In this document: positions 60,203 to 64,000 of the stretch, piece by piece
How the letters are laid out: every line of letters starts with the position of its first letter
Position numbering within the stretch: the first letter of the stretch is position 1
Assembly: GCA_051313645.2 (NCBI GenBank)
Contig: JBNRSN020000013.1
Coordinates: 139,996,001 to 140,060,000 of the forward strand
Direction: 5' to 3'
Length of the DNA stretch: 64,000 nucleotides
DNA from: Centroscyllium fabricii
Taxonomy: Eukaryota
Notes under the pieces: generated by a model
The model's input: only the letters and a program-made list of their open reading frames with translations
Told to the model about the DNA's origin: nothing
The model's database searches: none
Translations under genes and position numbers: made by a program

Positions 60203-61205
60203 CAGGTTGAGCACCGGTAATCTGGCACCCGATTGTCCGGCAGCTTCAGCGGTTCGGCACAATTGGAAACCGGCGCTCTTCATTTTGCGGAGCAGCCGCT
60301 CGGCGGCGCCACCATTTCCCGCGAAGGGTCTGCGAGCGCTGACGGCGTCGGGCGTTTGGGTTTCTGTTTTTTTAGGTTCTGCAAGTGTTCTATCCACGGG
60401 CTCCCTCCCGGGGAATGTTCTACCCGCGCGCTCCGGGCCCTGGGTAGTGTTCTACCCGCGCGCTCCGGGCCCTGGGTAGTGTTCTACCCGCGCGCTCCGG
60501 GCCCTGGGTAGTGTTCTACCCGCGCGCTCCGGGCCCCAGGGAGTGTTCTACCGCGTGCTCCGGGCCCCGGGGAGTGTTCTACCCACGTGCTCCGGGCCCC
60601 GGGGAGTGGTGTTCTGCGCGCTCCGGACCCCGGGGAGTGTTCTACTGCGCGCTCCGGGCCCCGGGGAGTGTTCTACCGCGCGCTCCTGCACCGGGGAGTG
60701 TTCTACTGCGCGCTTTGGGCCCCGGGGAGTGTTCTACTGCGCGCTCCGGGCCCCGGGGAGTGTTCTACCCGCACGCTCTGGGCCCCGGGAAGTGTTCTAC
60801 CCGCACGCTCTGGGCCCCGGGGAGTGTTCTACCCGCGCGCTCCGGGCCCCGGGGAGTGTTCTACCCGCACGCTCCGGGCCCCGGGGAGTGTTCTACCCGC
60901 ACGCTCCGGGCCCCGGGGAGTGTTCCACCGCGCGCTCCGGGCCCCGGGGCGTTTTCCACCGCGGGCCCCGGGGATTGTTCTACCCGCGCGCTCCGGGCAC
61001 CGGGGAGTGTTCTACCCGCGCGCTCCGGGCCCCGGGGAGTGTTCTACCTGCGCGCTCCGGGCCCCGGGGAGTGTTCTACTGCGCGCTCCGGGCTTAGGGG
61101 AGTGTTCTACCCGCACGCTCCCCCCGAACCTTCAGTGGATCGGAATTTTCAGTGGTCCGGCTCCGGCCTGCTCCCGAGGGTGCCGGATTAACGGTGCTCA
61201 ACTTG
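60203..61205. mobile_element. Tigger-like MITE with an expanded 32-bp minisatellite
   Basis: Same body as 53514 and 50032; roughly 22 repeat units. Confidence 0.85.
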
Positions 61206-61742
61206 TCGTTTGGTTGTGCTTATGCTGTTTGCATGAGTATGAGACTTGTGCTGCTTAATAGTGGGCATTCAACCGTGTTGGATTCATTAATCTGGCAGTG
61301 CTGTTCAAATGGATTGATGAGTTTGTGTGATAATTTCCTACAGCATTTAAATAAAACAGTGGCAGGGGTGTTGTGCTGTACAAACTCCGAGTGTGACCTG
61401 AAAATTGTCCCCCTGTCATACAAAACAAATGGTATTTTTTGTATAAAATTATCTCTGGCTTACAGAAGATGGATGGCTCTGCTGTTAAATTTCACTCAGC
61501 ACAGGAGTCATGGGGTTTGCCACAAGATTAATGGTTCCTTAAAGCTCTGATTTCATGATATTCATATGCACCAAGAATAGTAATTTTTTTTTAAAAGCGA
61601 CTTTTTATTACACTAAAAATCATGTTCACACTGGACTGAACAAATTTTGCATTTCGTTTACTTAATTTCTTGCTCTTTTTTCCCACCTCTTGTTTTCTCC
61701 CTTCTGCTCCTGAAGATGTTAAATAAAGCTGGGATATGGGTT

Positions 61743-62096
61743 ACATAGAAACTAGGAGCAGGAGTCGGCCATTCGGCCCTTCGAGCCTGCTCCGCCATTC
61801 AATGAGATCGTGGCTGATCATCCAAACCCAGCACCCTGTCCCTGCCCTCTCCCCACATCCCTCAATCCCTATCGAGCCTGCATCGACACCCTATCCCCAC
61901 CACCCCACATATTCAATCCCCCTAACACTAAGGGTCAATTTATCATGGCCAATCAACCTAACCCGCACATCTTTGGACTTAAAAGGAAAGAAATTGCAGG
62001 AAAGGGGAAAGAGCGGAGGAATGGGACTAATTGGATCGGTCTTTCACGGCTGCCACGGGTATGATGGGCCAAATGGCGGCTTCCTACGATTCTATG
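61743..62096. mobile_element. SINE 3' half (-) fused to a CR1 tail (+)
   Basis: 61743-61978 is a reverse HE1-like segment; 61980-62096 is a CR1-like end. Confidence 0.65.
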
Positions 62097-62529
62097 AAAT
62101 CTGCCCTCTGGTACCTGGCTCAAGTGCCCTTTATGTTTTGTTTTTCATGTATGAGCCTGGATATTGAGTGCGGACAGTTGGCCTGTGGAGCGCACCAGAA
62201 TCTATGCATACTTTTCAAACCAGCACTTTATAGCTATCAAGATGGAGAACCCCATTGATTTTTTTTGTTCACCTCCCTAGCTTGGGGTGTTCAGGCCAAT
62301 CCGAGTGTTCCAAGTGCTGCTTTGGCTAAGAATAACTAACACAGCACAGGACCTGGAATTGCATCTTGTACTGTACCTGTGGTGCACTTTCCCATTAACC
62401 CATGAGTGTCGAAGCTTTTTAGTCTTTGTGGACTGAGAAATATCACGAGGCACAAATTAAGTTGAATTTAATGTACCCATTGATTTGCATACACCTTCAA
62501 CTGTTTCTCCTTGCATATTGCGGTGCATA

Positions 62530-63650
62530 TCGCACCAGGTCACGTTCACCCATCGCCCTGTACTCGCTCCCGGTTAAGCAACACCTCAATTTTAAAATTC
62601 TCATCCTTGTTTTCAAATCCCTCCATGGCCTCGCCCCCTCTTCCTATCTCTGTAATCTCCTCCAGCCCCACAACCCCCCCCCCCCCCGCCCCTCGAGATA
62701 CCCGCGCTCCGCTAATTCTGTCCTCTTGAGCATCAGGTGGTTAAGAAGGCAAATGGTATGTTGGCATTCATATCTAGAGGGTTCGAGTATAGGAATAAGG
62801 ATACCTTACTGCAGCTGTACAAGGCACTGGTGAGACCACACCTTGAGTATTGTGTACAGTTTTGGTCGCCTCATCTGAGGAAGGATGTTCTTGCCATGGA
62901 AGGAGTGCAGCGGCGATTCACCAGGATGATACCTGGAATGGCAGGAATGACCTACGAGGAGAGATTGTGTAGTTTGGGCTTGTACTCGCTGGAGTTTAGA
63001 AGATTGAGAGGGGATCTCATCGAAACATATAAAATTCTGACAGGCCTGGACAGGTTAGATTCAGAAAGAATGTTTCCAATGGCGGGAGAGTCCAGAACCA
63101 GGGGCCACAGTCAATGGATAAGGGGTAAACCATTTAGGACAGATATGAGGAAGAACTTCTTCACCCAGAGAGTGGTGAGCCTGTGGAATTCCTTGCCACA
63201 GAGGGCAGTGGAGGCCAGTTCATTAAATATATTTAAGAGGGAATTGGATATATTTCTTCAGGCGAAAGGGATTAAGGGTTACGGAGAGAAGGCGGGGACG
63301 GGGTACTGAACTTGAAAGATCAGCCATGATCTCAGCCAAAGATCAGCCATGATCTCATTGAATGTAGGCTCGAAGGGCCGAATGGCCTACTCCTGCTCCT
63401 ATCTTCTATGTTTCTATCCCTGATTTTAATAGCTCCGTGCCCTAAGCTGCCTAGGCCCTAAGCTCTGGAATTCCCTCATTAAACCTCTCTACCTCTCTTT
63501 CCTCCTTTTAAGACGCTCCTTAAATCCTACCCCTTTCTACCCTAATATCTCATGTGGCTCGGCGTCCAGTTTTGTTTTATAATCGCTCCTGTGAGGCGCC
63601 TCGGGACGTTTTACTACGTTAAATGCGCTGTATAAATACAGGTTGCTGTT
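62530..63650 (+). mobile_element. L2 3' fragment interrupted by CR1
   Basis: FKILILVFKSLHGLAP before and PKLWNSL after the CR1; L2-type tail. Confidence 0.7.
62736..63417 (+). mobile_element. CR1/HER1 3' fragment
   Basis: ORF 62737..63309 open to the natural stop, then CR1 tail. Confidence 0.92.
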
Positions 63651-64000
63651 TTGATTTTAGAATTTGCCCCACCAACGAGGGACTAGCACGAACAGCCCTT
63701 TCACAAAACATGCATGCCATGAAAATGAAAACCGGCAAACCAAATCTGAAATACATGTTCAATGGAACAGAGTTGCCACGGCTTCATGTGCAAGATTGCT
63801 TGGGCTTGTGAGCCACGTGTAGCCCATGGGGCCTCCCTTTTTGGAGGAGGGAAGGAGTCAGTCCCCTCTTAAATTGTAAACTGGATTTGGAATGATGCCA
63901 CAAGGAAATCTACTCCCTTCCAACGAGCAACATGAACCAGCTTGTTGAGTTAACATTAGCCTTTTGGTAAGCGGATGCCACTAGCTTGAATGAGGTTCAT

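Noticed and set aside
63661-63822. Possible APP exon 2 after TTTTAG
   Set aside because: The phase-0 translation has no VPTDG/EPQIAMFCG similarity and hits a stop; the acceptor lies at an L2 tail.

Overview
Eukaryotic, very repeat-rich window, most likely from a cartilaginous fish (HE1-like V-SINEs, HER1/CR1 LINEs, DeuSINE, Penelope-like elements). The only host gene I recognise is the first coding exon of APP (22675-22752, signal peptide ending ...CRALE|GT, phase 0) in a CpG island; 22753-64000 looks like APP intron 1 (no exon 2 seen). Upstream lie three decayed Gypsy LTR retrotransposons (a Mag-like element with no tRNA PBS, a complete CsRn1-clade element, and a Mag-clade element with a tRNA-Leu PBS), a Harbinger fragment, and a full-length Harbinger transposon (intact 393-aa transposase; Myb/SANT gene disabled by a solo LTR and a stop) ending about 585 bp from the APP ATG. 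The intron holds nested CR1, L2, RTE and Rex1 LINE pieces, SINEs, solo LTRs, hAT/Harbinger/Tc1-mariner MITEs and Penelope-like elements with minimal hammerhead ribozymes. Best leads: a Gypsy whose PBS position is complementary to its own poly(A) signal (possible self-priming), a Penelope palindrome with a perfect 70-bp inverted capture of nearby DNA, a 5S-rRNA-headed element with a Rex1-type tail, and MITEs loaded with NRF1/YY1 motifs. All coordinates were read by eye; family names come from motif recognition, not database searches.
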